Part shown: in pieces, positions 52,885 through 63,389 of the stretch
How positions within the stretch are numbered: the first letter of the stretch is position 1
Layout: each line of letters begins with the position of its first letter
Source of the DNA: Candidatus Ruthia sp. Plio_17_S18
GTDB taxonomy: Bacteria > Pseudomonadota > Gammaproteobacteria > PS1 > Pseudothioglobaceae
Assembly: GCA_021730105.1 (NCBI GenBank)
Contig: CP072538.1
Coordinates: 989,161 to 1,053,160 of the forward strand
Direction: 5' to 3'
DNA: 64,000 nucleotides
The notes under the pieces: model-generated
Databases searched by the model: none
What the model was told of the DNA's origin: nothing
The model's input: only the letters and a program-made list of their open reading frames with translations
Program-made: the position numbers and the translations under genes

Positions 52885-53598
52885 ATGCGCGATAATATGT
52901 TCACTAAAGAGAACGACTTAGTTGATTTCTCCTTTGATGCACAAGTGGCTGATGTATTTGATGACATGGTTAAACGCTCAGTACCCGGTTATCAATCTAT
53001 GATTGAGATGGTTAACTTGAGTGTTAAAACTTATGGCCAGGACAATACTAATTATTATGACCTGGGCGCTTCAACAGGCGCCACTTCCATTGCACTAGGC
53101 ATCAATAACCCACACTCAAATAATCAAATTATTGCCCTTGACAATTCACCAGACATGGTTAAAAAATGCCAGAAAAATTTATCAGGCAAAATTGATAATG
53201 TTAATGTAATTTGTGGTGATATTCTTGATATGAGGTTTGAAAATGCATCCATTATTGTGCTTAATCTCACTTTACAGTTTATTACACCGAGCAATAGGCA
53301 GACTTTAATTGACAAAATTTACAAGGGTTTAAATACGAATGGCGCACTGATTATTTCTGAAAAAATTCATTTTGATAACCAACAAAAACAAGAACAAATA
53401 AGCAGGTTGCACTTAGACTTTAAACGTTCCAATGGTTATAGCGAGCTTGAGATTGCAAACAAACGTCAATCGATTGAAAATATACTAATAACAGATAGTA
53501 AACAAACCCACTTTAAGCGATTTAACACAGCAGGTTTTAAAAACAGTGTTTGTCATTTTCAGTGTCTTAACTTTGTTTCCTTTTTATCGGTAAAATAG
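52885..53598 (+). CDS. cmoA: Carboxy-S-adenosyl-L-methionine synthase
   Basis: [50 protein letters not shown]. Confidence 0.93.
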   Translation: MRDNMFTKENDLVDFSFDAQVADVFDDMVKRSVPGYQSMIEMVNLSVKTYGQDNTNYYDLGASTGATSIALGINNPHSNNQIIALDNSPDMVKKCQKNLSGKIDNVNVICGDILDMRFENASIIVLNLTLQFITPSNRQTLIDKIYKGLNTNGALIISEKIHFDNQQKQEQISRLHLDFKRSNGYSELEIANKRQSIENILITDSKQTHFKRFNTAGFKNSVCHFQCLNFVSFLSVK

Positions 53599-53606
53599 AA
53601 CACATT

Positions 53607-54194
53607 ATGCTACTGATGATTGACAATTACGACTCATTTACCTATAACTTGGTGCAATATTTTGGCGAGTTAGGGCAAGCTGTTGAAGTGCATCGTAACG
53701 ATGAAATTACAATACAAGGCATTGAAAAACTTGCACCTGAATTTTTGGTAATTTCACCAGGTCCATGTACACCAAATGAGGCGGGAATTTCAATTGAGGC
53801 TATTAAACACTTTTCTAAGAAAATACCAATGTTAGGGGTTTGCTTAGGGTTTCAGGCTATGGTTCAGGCTTTTGGTGGGCATATTATTGGTGCAAAAAAA
53901 ATTATGCACGGCAAAGTGTCCAATATTCATCACATCAATAAAGGTATATTCACAAACCTTAAAAATCCACTCAATGCAACACGCTATCACTCGTTGGTAG
54001 CGCAGCAATCAACCCTACCAGACTGTTTTGAGGTCACCTCATGGACCAATAATAGTAAGGGAAAGATAGACGAAATTATGGGCGTTAGGCATAAAGAACT
54101 TGCTATTGAAGGGGTGCAATTTCACCCAGAATCAATTTTGACTGAACAAGGTCATGAAATGTTGTACAATTTTTTAACAGGGAAAACTTTATAA
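53607..54194 (+). CDS. Anthranilate/aminodeoxychorismate synthase component II (TrpG/PabA; the two cannot be distinguished here)
   Basis: [36 protein letters not shown]. Confidence 0.93.
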   Translation: MLLMIDNYDSFTYNLVQYFGELGQAVEVHRNDEITIQGIEKLAPEFLVISPGPCTPNEAGISIEAIKHFSKKIPMLGVCLGFQAMVQAFGGHIIGAKKIMHGKVSNIHHINKGIFTNLKNPLNATRYHSLVAQQSTLPDCFEVTSWTNNSKGKIDEIMGVRHKELAIEGVQFHPESILTEQGHEMLYNFLTGKTL

Positions 54195-54197
54195 ACC

Positions 54198-54617
54198 ATG
54201 GAAATACTTGGATTTTTATTTGCTGATGAACAAATGTTTACAACCATTACACTCATATTATTAATTGCTTTGCTTGTTGGCAGTATTGTTGTTGATAAAT
54301 TAAAAAAATATGAAGATATTGATGCCAATGGGGTGGTCACACTCATGGATGGTAACGACCTTATCCTGTTAGATGTTAGAGAGGAAAAAGAGAGAAAGGC
54401 AGGATATATTGCTGGTGATATGCACATTCCACTTGCTAGTGTTAAGAGTAAATTGTCTTCATTAGATAAGCGTAAAAAAGTACTGGTATATTGTCGTAGT
54501 GGCTCTCGTTCAGCACACATTGCTGGATTATTAACACGCAATGAGTTTGAAAATGTATACAGTTTAAAGGGTGGTTTCCAAGCATGGAAAAAAGCCAAAC
54601 TACCTATTAAAACTTAA
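54198..54617 (+). CDS. Membrane-anchored rhodanese-like protein (YibN-like)
   Basis: N-terminal TM segment, LDVREE.E...G.I, YCRSGSRS, LKGGFQAW. Confidence 0.9.
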   Translation: MEILGFLFADEQMFTTITLILLIALLVGSIVVDKLKKYEDIDANGVVTLMDGNDLILLDVREEKERKAGYIAGDMHIPLASVKSKLSSLDKRKKVLVYCRSGSRSAHIAGLLTRNEFENVYSLKGGFQAWKKAKLPIKT

Positions 54618-54623
54618 TTAGTT

Positions 54624-54878
54624 ATGGAAAAAAATATTATTTATTGCTCAGATTCTTGTTTTTTTTGCCAAAGAGCCTATCAATTGCTTGAAAAAAGAGG
54701 CATTCCTTTCAAAAAATACTACGTTAAAAATCAAGGTGACTGGAATGAAGTCAAAGAAAAGACAGGTAGAGAAACCGTGCCACAAGTGTTTATTAATGGC
54801 TTTCATATAGGTGGATTTGATGATTTATCAGCTGCAGACCAATCTGGAAAATTAGATGAAATTCTAAATCAGCCATGA
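54624..54878 (+). CDS. grxC: Glutaredoxin 3-like
   Basis: CFFC active site, TVPQVFING..IGGFDDL. Confidence 0.85.
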   Translation: MEKNIIYCSDSCFFCQRAYQLLEKRGIPFKKYYVKNQGDWNEVKEKTGRETVPQVFINGFHIGGFDDLSAADQSGKLDEILNQP

Positions 54879-55852
54879 GTAAAAACCTCAGTATTATTGG
54901 TTCTGGCGCTTGGGGGAGCGCTCTAGCCATTGCCCTTTATGATAATTTTGATACAATTTATCTACACGCCCACACTCAAGATAAAACCAAAACACTAAAA
55001 CCAAAACATCCTGAACTACCCACACCCTACCCCAACAATATAAAAATTACCTGTGATTTTTCTAAATTACAAGATACCAAAGACATACTGATTGTTACAC
55101 CTAGTTATGCATTTTCTGAGGTATTAGAAAAAATAAAACCACTCATTAATGACGCTAATAAGATTGCTTGGGGCACTAAAGGCTTTGATACCACCAAGAG
55201 ATGTTTTTTATATGAAAGTTTTGAGCATATATTCCCCAATCGCAATGGCTGTGTTATCTCTGGACCAAGCTTTGCCTTTGAGGTGGCAACGAATAAACCT
55301 ACTGCATTAGTCGTGGCATCCGTTGATAAAAATACCAGAAACCATTTTGCAAAATTAATACAAACAAACACCCTGCGTGCTTATACCAATGCTGATATTG
55401 TTGGTGTGGAGATTGGTGGGTCAGTTAAAAATATCTTAGCCATCGCTGCGGGTATCGCTGCGGGATTAGGTTGTGGCATTAACACCCAAGCAGCATTGAT
55501 TACTAGAGGCCTAGCAGAGATGTCACGCCTAGGAATAAGTCTTGGTGCAAAAAATTCTACCTTTGTTGGCTTGTCTGGTTTGGGAGATTTGGTGCTTACT
55601 TGCTCAGATGACTTATCTAGAAACAGAAGGTTTGGCAAAGAATTAGCCTTTAATCACAATATTAAAGATGCATTAGCCAATATAGGAAGTACAGTTGAAG
55701 GTCTTAATACACTTGAGCTTATTTTATCTATCGCCAATAAAGAGCAGGTGGAAATGCCAATTTGTGAACAAGTTTATCAGGTTACTCAAGGCAAGCTAAC
55801 ACCTACTGAAGCAGTCAACTATCTAATGTCTAGAGAGCAAACTAACGAATGA
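54875..55852 (+). CDS. gpsA: NAD(P)H-dependent glycerol-3-phosphate dehydrogenase
   Basis: GSGAWGSAL, SGPSFA, GGSVKNILAI, GLGDLVLTC..SRNRRFG. Confidence 0.96.
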   Translation: MSKNLSIIGSGAWGSALAIALYDNFDTIYLHAHTQDKTKTLKPKHPELPTPYPNNIKITCDFSKLQDTKDILIVTPSYAFSEVLEKIKPLINDANKIAWGTKGFDTTKRCFLYESFEHIFPNRNGCVISGPSFAFEVATNKPTALVVASVDKNTRNHFAKLIQTNTLRAYTNADIVGVEIGGSVKNILAIAAGIAAGLGCGINTQAALITRGLAEMSRLGISLGAKNSTFVGLSGLGDLVLTCSDDLSRNRRFGKELAFNHNIKDALANIGSTVEGLNTLELILSIANKEQVEMPICEQVYQVTQGKLTPTEAVNYLMSREQTNE

Positions 55853-56376
55853 AACTAGACTTACTTAGGCATGGCATGCCTATTGGTGGTCATATTTATC
55901 GTGGCAATCAAGATGATCCTCTTAGCCAAAATGGCTGGCAACAAATGCTTGACGCTACCCAAGGAAAATCATGGGATTATATTGTCAGTTCACCCTTGAT
56001 ACGTTGTGCTGAATTTGCCAAGTATTTGTCTAACAATCAAAATACGCATTGCAAAATTTTCAATAACTTTAAAGAGCTTGGTTTTGGTGATTGGCAGGGT
56101 AAAAGTACTGATTCTATTGGTCAAACATTGGTTGATCATTTTAAATTAGACCCTATTAGTCACCAACCACCTAATGCAGAAAACCTTTATGATTTTCAAG
56201 CACGAGTCTTATCCTCTTTTAAAGACATTGTACTTCATCATACTAATGAATCAGTTTTAATTATAGCGCACGCTGGTATTATCCGAGTGATTAAATCCTA
56301 TTTATTAAATCTACCCATTGAAAAAATGTTTACAATGGAAGTTATTTGTGCATCCAGTGAGCACTTTGACATTTAA
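55849..56376 (+). CDS. Histidine phosphatase family protein
   Basis: LLRHG, SSPL.RC, E.GFGDWQG, AHAG. Confidence 0.9.
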   Translation: MKLDLLRHGMPIGGHIYRGNQDDPLSQNGWQQMLDATQGKSWDYIVSSPLIRCAEFAKYLSNNQNTHCKIFNNFKELGFGDWQGKSTDSIGQTLVDHFKLDPISHQPPNAENLYDFQARVLSSFKDIVLHHTNESVLIIAHAGIIRVIKSYLLNLPIEKMFTMEVICASSEHFDI

Positions 56377-57006
56377 AATTTTAATCATTAGTATGATGTT
56401 TTTAGCCAGCCCAATTCAAGCAAATGAATTTCTAGGGTTAAAATCATGGATAAATTCTTTTACAACACCAGACTTTAGTCAAAGAAAAATTAGACTACCG
56501 AGGGCGTTGATTAAAAACAATCGGCTCAACAAAATACAAATTAATAAAGAAATATCGACTGAAAAAAAGCACTATTAAATGTTATTGACATTATTCAAAG
56601 CTCCATGATATTGGCACAATCAGCAATAGAGTCAAACTGGGAGCGTTCACTATTTTCTCAACACTGGCATAATTATTTTGGCATTTTGTGCTTTTAAGCC
56701 TGGTTGTGGCGTTGTGCCTAAACAACGTCCTGAGAATGCTACACATGAGATTGCAATATTCTCTTCAGCATCCAAATCTGTAGAATATTATATGCTTAAT
56801 ATTAATCGACACTTTGCGCCTACACACTACTTAGAAAAATTAGGCAATATAAGCGTAATAACCATCTCTCAGTGACTGGTATTGCTGTATCAGAAGGGCT
56901 GGGAAATTACTCTGGAATTGGCTTTGATTATGTTGAGCAGGTGCAAAGCATTATTAGATATAATAAAAAGCCTGCATTTATCCAAAATAAATGCAGGCTT
57001 TTATGA
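56357..57006 (+). pseudogene. Bax/FlgJ-type glucosaminidase (peptidoglycan hydrolase) pseudogene
   Basis: Signal peptide, then DII..SMILAQSAIESNW..NYFG..CF, (frameshift) KPGCGVVP..R..THEI..F....SVEYYMLN.N, GL.NYS..G.DYV. Internal deletion and stops. Confidence 0.8.
56966..57002. terminator. Bidirectional intrinsic terminator after rpsI
   Basis: Perfect 16-bp inverted repeat AAAAGCCTGCATTTAT / ATAAATGCAGGCTTTT with a 5-nt loop and T-tracts on both strands. Confidence 0.85.
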
Positions 57007-57021
57007 GCGTTTGAAAGTGAC

Positions 57022-57417
57022 TTAACGCTTAGAGAACTGCTCACTTTTACGTGCCTTCTTGCGACCGACTTTTTTACGCTCTACAATTCTAGCATCACGT
57101 GTTACAAAGCCTGCTTTGCGTAATTCGCCCCGTAAGTCATTATCATATGCCATTAATGCACGAGTCACGCCCAGTCTAATCGCACCGGCTTGACCTGTAT
57201 CACCGCCACCTTTGACCATGATATTAAAATCAAACTTATCTCTCATTTCAACCGTATCTAATGGTTGATTGATGATCATTGAAGAGGTTTCACGTCCAAA
57301 ATATTCATTCATTGGGCGCCTGTTAACTGTAAAAACACCCTTGCCTTTAGTCATATAAACACGAGCTACTGATGTCTTTCTTCTGCCTGTTGCGTAATAA
57401 GTTTCTGTCTTTGCCAT
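57022..57417 (-). CDS. rpsI: 30S ribosomal protein S9
   Basis: [30 protein letters not shown]. Confidence 0.99.
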   Translation of the reverse strand: MAKTETYYATGRRKTSVARVYMTKGKGVFTVNRRPMNEYFGRETSSMIINQPLDTVEMRDKFDFNIMVKGGGDTGQAGAIRLGVTRALMAYDNDLRGELRKAGFVTRDARIVERKKVGRKKARKSEQFSKR

Positions 57418-57430
57418 AATATTTTTTACC

Positions 57431-57859
57431 TTAAATATCTAAAACTTGAGGTTGTTGTGCACCATGTGTGTGCTCGCTACCTGCAAATACTTTCATTTTT
57501 CTAAGCATGTCTCTACCTAAAGGACCTTTTGGTAACATGCCTTTCACCGCTTTATTGATAATTTCCTCTGGCTTTTTGGCTTGTAAATCTTTAAATGCAA
57601 TTGATTTTAAATTACCAACATAACCTGTGTGATGGCGATACATTTTGTCTTCAAATTTATTACCTGTTACCTTAATTTTTGAAACGTTGATAATAACAAT
57701 ATAATCGCCCGTATCCGTATGTGGTGTGTATTCAGGTTTGTGTTTACCACGAAGACGAGAGGCAATTTGCGTTGCTAAACGACCTAAGGTTTTACCGTCA
57801 GCGTCAACAAGTAACCAATCCCTTTTGACTTCATGTGCTTTAGCGCTAAATGTTTTCAT
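57431..57859 (-). CDS. rplM: 50S ribosomal protein L13
   Basis: MKTFSAK, LGRLA..IA..LRGKHKP.YTPH.D.GD, GMLPK. Start re-called at 57859. Confidence 0.99.
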   Translation of the reverse strand: MKTFSAKAHEVKRDWLLVDADGKTLGRLATQIASRLRGKHKPEYTPHTDTGDYIVIINVSKIKVTGNKFEDKMYRHHTGYVGNLKSIAFKDLQAKKPEEIINKAVKGMLPKGPLGRDMLRKMKVFAGSEHTHGAQQPQVLDI

Positions 57860-57995
57860 AATCCAATCTATCTTCATGCAGAATAATCGGGCTATTATAA
57901 TCATTTTTAACTTTAAATGTTCAACTATATTCCAATACCAACATAATTCATCACATAGACTATACACTTTAAAAAAAATAGCCAATGCCGTTAAT

Positions 57996-59591
57996 TCATT
58001 CGATATAACGAATGTAATCCAACTTTTCTTTGTAAACAAGGGTATCAACATTCATTAGCCCTAATAATGTGTGAAACATGCCATCATGAGAAAGTTTGGT
58101 ATTTGCTTTTTTATTTAACAATTCTGTATCAATATCCTTAGAAAATTCATCACCAAACCATAAAATTGAGCCAACATGAATTTGCGCCTTAGGTGCGATA
58201 AAATAGGGCATTCCGTGCAGATATAGTCCATTCTCACCTAGAGATTCTCCATGATCACTCATATAAAACATAGCGGTTTTAAATTGACTTTGGTTGCTTT
58301 TTAAAAAATTGATTGTTTTGGATAAAAAATAATCCGTATAAACAATGGTATTGTCATATGCATTGTTAATTTGCTCATTGGTGCATTTATTCAACTGGTT
58401 AGTTTCACATATAGGGGTAAATACTTTAAACTTTTCAGGATAGCGTTTGTAATATGCTGGGCCATGGCTACCCATCATGTGCAAAACAATAAACATGTCC
58501 TTGTCATAATGAGTACCAACATATTGTTGTAAACCAACCAGCATGCCTTCATCTCTGCATTCAATATTACAAACTGTATTCAAACGCTTTGATTTAAAAT
58601 TCTGATAAGTGAGACGATCTGCCACACCTTTTGAGCTAGAATTGTTATCTCTCCACAAGATTTCCACACCCGCACGGCTTAAAATATCAAGTGCATTACT
58701 CATGTTTTTACCTTGGACGTGTGTGTAGTCACTTCGACCTAAGTTTGAAAACATACATGGTAATGAATAGGCGGTGTCCGTACCACAAGAATACATCTGG
58801 CTTAAACTAATCACATTTTCATTTGCTAGCAAAGGATTGGTCATTCTTTGATACCCATTCAAAGAAAAACGATCTGCCCTGGCTGTTTCACCAACAACCA
58901 TAATGATTAACTTTTTTTTATCACTAGCTCGATTGATTAACGCATCCTGAGCAATCACCTTAAAAGGAATACTGGCAGTTTCAAATTTTGAATTGATGTG
59001 TTTACCAATGGCATATAAATAATAAGTTGGATTAATATATAAGCGAAGCTGCTTATTTTCTCGAATAAGAGAAGTGTATGATTTAGAAAAAGTCAAAGTT
59101 ATTAGAACAAACATAACCAACAAAACAACAATCACTTTTAATTTAGACCACAATTGTTGTAGAAAATTTTCTTTAACAATTTGAACTTTATAAACCCAAT
59201 AACTAGGCATTAACCCCAACAAAACAACATATGCAATTAGCTCAAAACTAAATAAGTCAACCGACTCTGCTACATTGGTTTCTAAACTATTAGCAATCAT
59301 ATTATCATCAAAGATGATGCTATAATTATTGGCAAAATAAGCAACAATAGCCGATGCAATAAGCAACAAGATTAATATTGGTTTGGCACTATATCGATAG
59401 CAAACCAAGAGCAGTACTACCACTAAAAATACAAGCAACCAGATTAATAAGGACGTCACAAATGCGATATTATCAACCAAAGGATAAATTTCAATCACCT
59501 TTGAGAAAAATTTAAAATTGCCTGTCGTGGTCAAAAATATCGCAACAATAAGCACCAAACTGGTTGTTGTGACTCTTTGGGAAAACTTCAT
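57996..59591 (-). CDS. eptA: Lipid A phosphoethanolamine transferase
   Basis: N-terminal TM block, [22 protein letters not shown] (catalytic Thr), [24 protein letters not shown]. Confidence 0.93.
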   Translation of the reverse strand: MKFSQRVTTTSLVLIVAIFLTTTGNFKFFSKVIEIYPLVDNIAFVTSLLIWLLVFLVVVLLLVCYRYSAKPILILLLIASAIVAYFANNYSIIFDDNMIANSLETNVAESVDLFSFELIAYVVLLGLMPSYWVYKVQIVKENFLQQLWSKLKVIVVLLVMFVLITLTFSKSYTSLIRENKQLRLYINPTYYLYAIGKHINSKFETASIPFKVIAQDALINRASDKKKLIIMVVGETARADRFSLNGYQRMTNPLLANENVISLSQMYSCGTDTAYSLPCMFSNLGRSDYTHVQGKNMSNALDILSRAGVEILWRDNNSSSKGVADRLTYQNFKSKRLNTVCNIECRDEGMLVGLQQYVGTHYDKDMFIVLHMMGSHGPAYYKRYPEKFKVFTPICETNQLNKCTNEQINNAYDNTIVYTDYFLSKTINFLKSNQSQFKTAMFYMSDHGESLGENGLYLHGMPYFIAPKAQIHVGSILWFGDEFSKDIDTELLNKKANTKLSHDGMFHTLLGLMNVDTLVYKEKLDYIRYIE

Positions 59592-59654
59592 TAATAGCTA
59601 AGTTGAGTGTAAATAATGGTTATTATATTGTCTAAATCATAACGACACAAATCA

Positions 59655-60329
59655 ATGATTAACTCACATGCCCATTTGGACTTTGACCACATCCACACAA
59701 CCGCTGAAAATGCAATGGCAATTGTGCCTAGCATAGGCAAACAAAACTGGCAACAGGTGCAAATATATCCATATTTTTCGTTGGGCATTCACCCTTGGTT
59801 GTCCGAATCACACACTCAAAAAGATTTAGACGCCTTGGAGTGCCTGATTAAATGTAGCAATCCTATTGCCATTGGTGAGTGCGGGTTAGACTTTGCTAAA
59901 GACATTGATAGGCGTCAGCAACTTTATATTTTTGAATGCCAATTACAATTGGCTGAAACTTACAAATTGCCAGTGATTATTCACGCAGTAAAGGCAACTG
60001 AAGAAGTGATATTGTTTTTAAAAAAATACCCAAAAGTCACAGGCGAAATTCATGGCTTTTCAGGTAGTGAAATGCAAGCTAAAACCTTGGCAGATATGGG
60101 GTTTTATTTGGGATTTGGGTTGCAAATTCTGAATGATAAATCTCTAAAATTAATAAAAATTGCTCAAAATTTAGCGATTGAATCTCTACTAATCGAAACA
60201 GATGACCATGCTAACCCGAATGACTTAATGCTAGTTGCTCAAAAGATTGCCCAATTAAAACACATATCAGTAAAAGACTTGAGTGAGCAATGTGATAATA
60301 ACGCTATTTTACTATTTGGATTGCAATAA
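59655..60329 (+). CDS. TatD-family deoxyribonuclease
   Basis: SHAHLD, GIHPW, IGECGLD, IHAVKA, LLIETD. Confidence 0.9.
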   Translation: MINSHAHLDFDHIHTTAENAMAIVPSIGKQNWQQVQIYPYFSLGIHPWLSESHTQKDLDALECLIKCSNPIAIGECGLDFAKDIDRRQQLYIFECQLQLAETYKLPVIIHAVKATEEVILFLKKYPKVTGEIHGFSGSEMQAKTLADMGFYLGFGLQILNDKSLKLIKIAQNLAIESLLIETDDHANPNDLMLVAQKIAQLKHISVKDLSEQCDNNAILLFGLQ

Positions 60330-61066
60330 TGAGTAGTAGTTGCGCACGAACTGAAATACTATTAGGTCAACAAGGATTGGCACGATTAGCAGAATCTCAT
60401 GTTTTAATTGTTGGTCTTGGTGGCGTTGGTGGTGCTTGTGCAGAAGCGCTTTGTAGAGCCGGCGTTGGTACATTAACTCTGATTGATTTTGACATTGTAG
60501 AAAAAACAGATCTTAATCGTCAAATTATTGCACTTAATTCAACACTTGGGCTACCCAAAGTAGATGTGCTGACTGATAGATTACGTGATATCAACCTTGA
60601 TACTATTATCATCAAACGTCATGAATTTATAGATAAGAATAAAGCACAAGCCATTGCACTTGATGCCAATCTGGATTTTATTGCAGATTGTATTGATGCT
60701 ATTACTTATAAAACCATACTTATTGACAGTTGCAATCAATCCAAAAAACCTATTATTTCAAGTATGGGTGCGGGCGGAAGGCTTGATCCTACTCAAGTTA
60801 AAATTTCACGCATGGATACAACACAGAACTGTGCTTTAGCACGTGAAATGCGCAAGCAACTTAGACGTATTCACGCTTCACTTAAATTTCCAGTGGTACA
60901 TTCAACAGAAGTGCCAATTAAGGCATTACCACATCAAGCAGTGCGCGCAACCGACACCGTCCATGCTGGTAGATCTAGAGCAGTGAATGGTGCAATCTCG
61001 TATATGCCTAATATTTTTGGGTTAATGATAGCAGGTTATATTATTCAAACTCTATTAAAATCATAA
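60329..61066 (+). CDS. tcdA: tRNA threonylcarbamoyladenosine dehydratase (ThiF family)
   Basis: GLGGVGG, DFD.V..TDLNRQ, DCIDA, SSMGAGGRLDP. Confidence 0.85.
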   Translation: MSSSCARTEILLGQQGLARLAESHVLIVGLGGVGGACAEALCRAGVGTLTLIDFDIVEKTDLNRQIIALNSTLGLPKVDVLTDRLRDINLDTIIIKRHEFIDKNKAQAIALDANLDFIADCIDAITYKTILIDSCNQSKKPIISSMGAGGRLDPTQVKISRMDTTQNCALAREMRKQLRRIHASLKFPVVHSTEVPIKALPHQAVRATDTVHAGRSRAVNGAISYMPNIFGLMIAGYIIQTLLKS

Positions 61067-61111
61067 TCTTTTAAAAAGTGAGTCTTATCTGTTTCAAGAA
61101 AGAGGAAGAAA

Positions 61112-61675
61112 ATGGTTAGTACACAAACTCCAATTTGCGATTTTAACACCCCAGCAATTGACTTTAGCCTAAAAGGCGTTGATGGGACAATGCACAATTT
61201 AAAAAGTTGCCAAGGTGAAAACGGCCTATTGCTGATGTTTATTTGCAATCACTGCCCTTATGTTAAAGCAATTATTGATCGCATCATTCGTGACACCAAA
61301 GCACTCAAAAAAATAGGGGTAAACGCCATTGCAATCATGTCAAACAACCCAAATGAATATGAGGCTGACTCTTTTGAAAATATGCAAAAAATTGCCATAA
61401 GCATGAACTTCCCATTTCCGTATCTAATAGATGAAACTCAGCAGGTCGCTAAAGCCTATGGTGCTGTATGTACACCTGATTTCTTTGGCTATAATGCTAG
61501 TTTAAAATTGCAATATCGTGGTCGTCTTGACGTTTCACGCAAAGAGTCTGCAGCAGTGGATATTAAGCGTGATTTATTTGATGCAATGAGCCAAATAGCC
61601 ATAACTGGCAAAGGTCCATTTAAACAAATGCCCTCAATGGGTTGCTCAATCAAATGGTTACCTACTGTTGATTGA
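61112..61675 (+). CDS. Thioredoxin/AhpC-TSA family protein
   Basis: FICNHCPYV, DETQQVAKAYGAVCTPDFF, YRGRLD, SMGCSIKW. Confidence 0.92.
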   Translation: MVSTQTPICDFNTPAIDFSLKGVDGTMHNLKSCQGENGLLLMFICNHCPYVKAIIDRIIRDTKALKKIGVNAIAIMSNNPNEYEADSFENMQKIAISMNFPFPYLIDETQQVAKAYGAVCTPDFFGYNASLKLQYRGRLDVSRKESAAVDIKRDLFDAMSQIAITGKGPFKQMPSMGCSIKWLPTVD

Positions 61676-62393
61676 GTATAACGTCGTGCAATATGGTTAA
61701 AAACGACGCTGGCGTTAAAAATTTATTACCCCAAGTTTTATCTAAATCGGCATTGGACTTTAATTTGATAATTTCATCAATCGTCTTGCCTGGGTTTATC
61801 AGGTTTTTCATACGCTTTGTAACAAGCACCAACATGTCTCGATAACGCACCAAAGCCGCTTTATCGCCTAACGGACCATGACCAGGTATAATTTTTGTAT
61901 GCTCATCAATTTGGCTTAAAACCTGATTAACATTGCCAATCATGCCTTCAACATTACCACCACTTGAAGAATCGATAAAGGGATATATAAACCATTAAAG
62001 AAGATATCCCCCATGTGTACAACATTTGCAATTTTAAAGAGACAATGCTATCACCATCAGTATGTGAATTATCTTGGTGTATTACTTGTATTTCTTGATT
62101 GTTTAAATGAAAGGTAATGATAGGCAAAGCAACTTTGGGAGATGCGGGTATTTTTTTATTAAAAGCCTTAATAAAATTATCATGACTCATGCGCTTGCGA
62201 ACTTCGTCGTGTGCCACAAATAATAACATCTGCCTTGCCCATGTTTTCATTGCCACCTGTGTGGTTAAAATGCCAATGCGTATTAATCACAAATTTAATC
62301 GGCTGGCCTTGTTATTTTAGCAATAACAGTTTGACCTGCTGCAAAATAAATAAAGAAAATTAGACTTGATAGAGATATTTTTATAAGTTTCAT
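61662..62393 (-). pseudogene. Secreted metallo-beta-lactamase-fold (cyclase-like) hydrolase pseudogene
   Basis: Signal peptide joined directly to QPIKFVINTHWHFNHTGGN (HxHxDH with D to N), then HTDGD and IIPGHG in different frames. Internal deletion. Confidence 0.85.
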
Positions 62394-62460
62394 GTGCATT
62401 ATCTGAAAAACGAATGAGACTTATGATTTTCTCACAAATTTTCTTTATCGCTTGTAATAT

Positions 62461-62698
62461 TTATAAAGAACGCCGTAAATAAGGAATAGTACTTAAGCAC
62501 AATCCAACAATAATTAGATACAAAAACTGGTCAACAAAATAACCATAAAAAATAAGTCCTAATCCACAAGCAATAGTTAAAAAATCGTATTCACGCTTAC
62601 CTTTTCGATAATATACGATACCTAACGTGGAAAAAATCGCTCAAATGTGGGTGATTAGCGTACTGTTCGCTTAGTTGTTGTAATTGTGAAATATCCAT
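62461..62698 (-). pseudogene. Small membrane protein, frameshifted
   Basis: MDISQLQQLSEQYAN.., then (frameshift) FSTLGIVYYRKGKRE..ACGLGLIFYGYFV..LSTIPY*. Confidence 0.55.
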
Positions 62699-62700
62699 AT

Positions 62701-63274
62701 TTATACCTTTTTAACAAATTTTGTCAAAATAACGGTTCTCTGCCCTTCTATTTTGTTTTCAATATGCTCAGTATTATCAGTTACTAATGATATGTTACGT
62801 ACTGCTGTACCACGTTTAGCAGTAAAGTTTGCGCCTTTAATTGTAAGGTCTTTGGTTAGGATAACCGTATCACCAGAGTCTAACTGCGTACCATGATTGT
62901 CTTTGTGTTTTAATGTTTGTTCGTTAGCTAGTGCGTTCATCCATTGCTTGCACCCAAGTCAATGTTTCGTCATCCAAATAAAGCATATCAAGCAAGTACT
63001 GTGGCCAGCCTTCACTACTTAACTTAGTCAATATACGCCAAGCCACCACTTGTACTGCTGCTATTGACGACCAAATAGAATCGTTCAAACAATGCCAATG
63101 GTTAATATCTCACTGCTTAGGATTATGGCAAATGTTGCAAATTAAAATAGATTGATTGTCGCTATTATCTGAAGGCATCACTGCAAATACTGACAAATCA
63201 TACTCATTGCCACACAACTCACACTTGAACTGGCTACGACTTAATAATATTTGTTCAGTGTCCAAAATTGCCAT
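62701..63274 (-). pseudogene. PhnA-domain (zinc-ribbon) protein pseudogene
   Basis: CELCG..CNIC, TGA at 63110, HWHCLNDSIWS..VQVVAWR, then (frameshift) KDNHG..L..GDTV.LTKDL.IKGANFTAKRGT.VRNI. Confidence 0.85.
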
Positions 63275-63389
63275 TTATATTGGAAATGAATTATATTTCA
63301 ACTGATAAATATAATAAAAAACTAATATAGTTTGCTAAGGCATTGCCTAAATAGGTATAATTTTTGTCTTCATTTATCCCACAAATCAC

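Noticed and set aside
54152-54598. 148-aa minus-strand ORF
   Set aside because: Antisense shadow of the rhodanese gene. The other nested or antisense ORFs in carB, alaS, clpA, guaA, recG and gpsA were rejected for the same reason.
57860-58051. 64-aa N-terminal extension of rplM
   Set aside because: L13 begins at MKTFSAK (57859). The extension overlaps the eptA 3' end and the promoter region.
63334-63349. Short palindrome AGGCA-T-TGCCT between phnA and deaD as an operator
   Set aside because: Only 5-6 bp, with no convincing second copy in a regulatory position.
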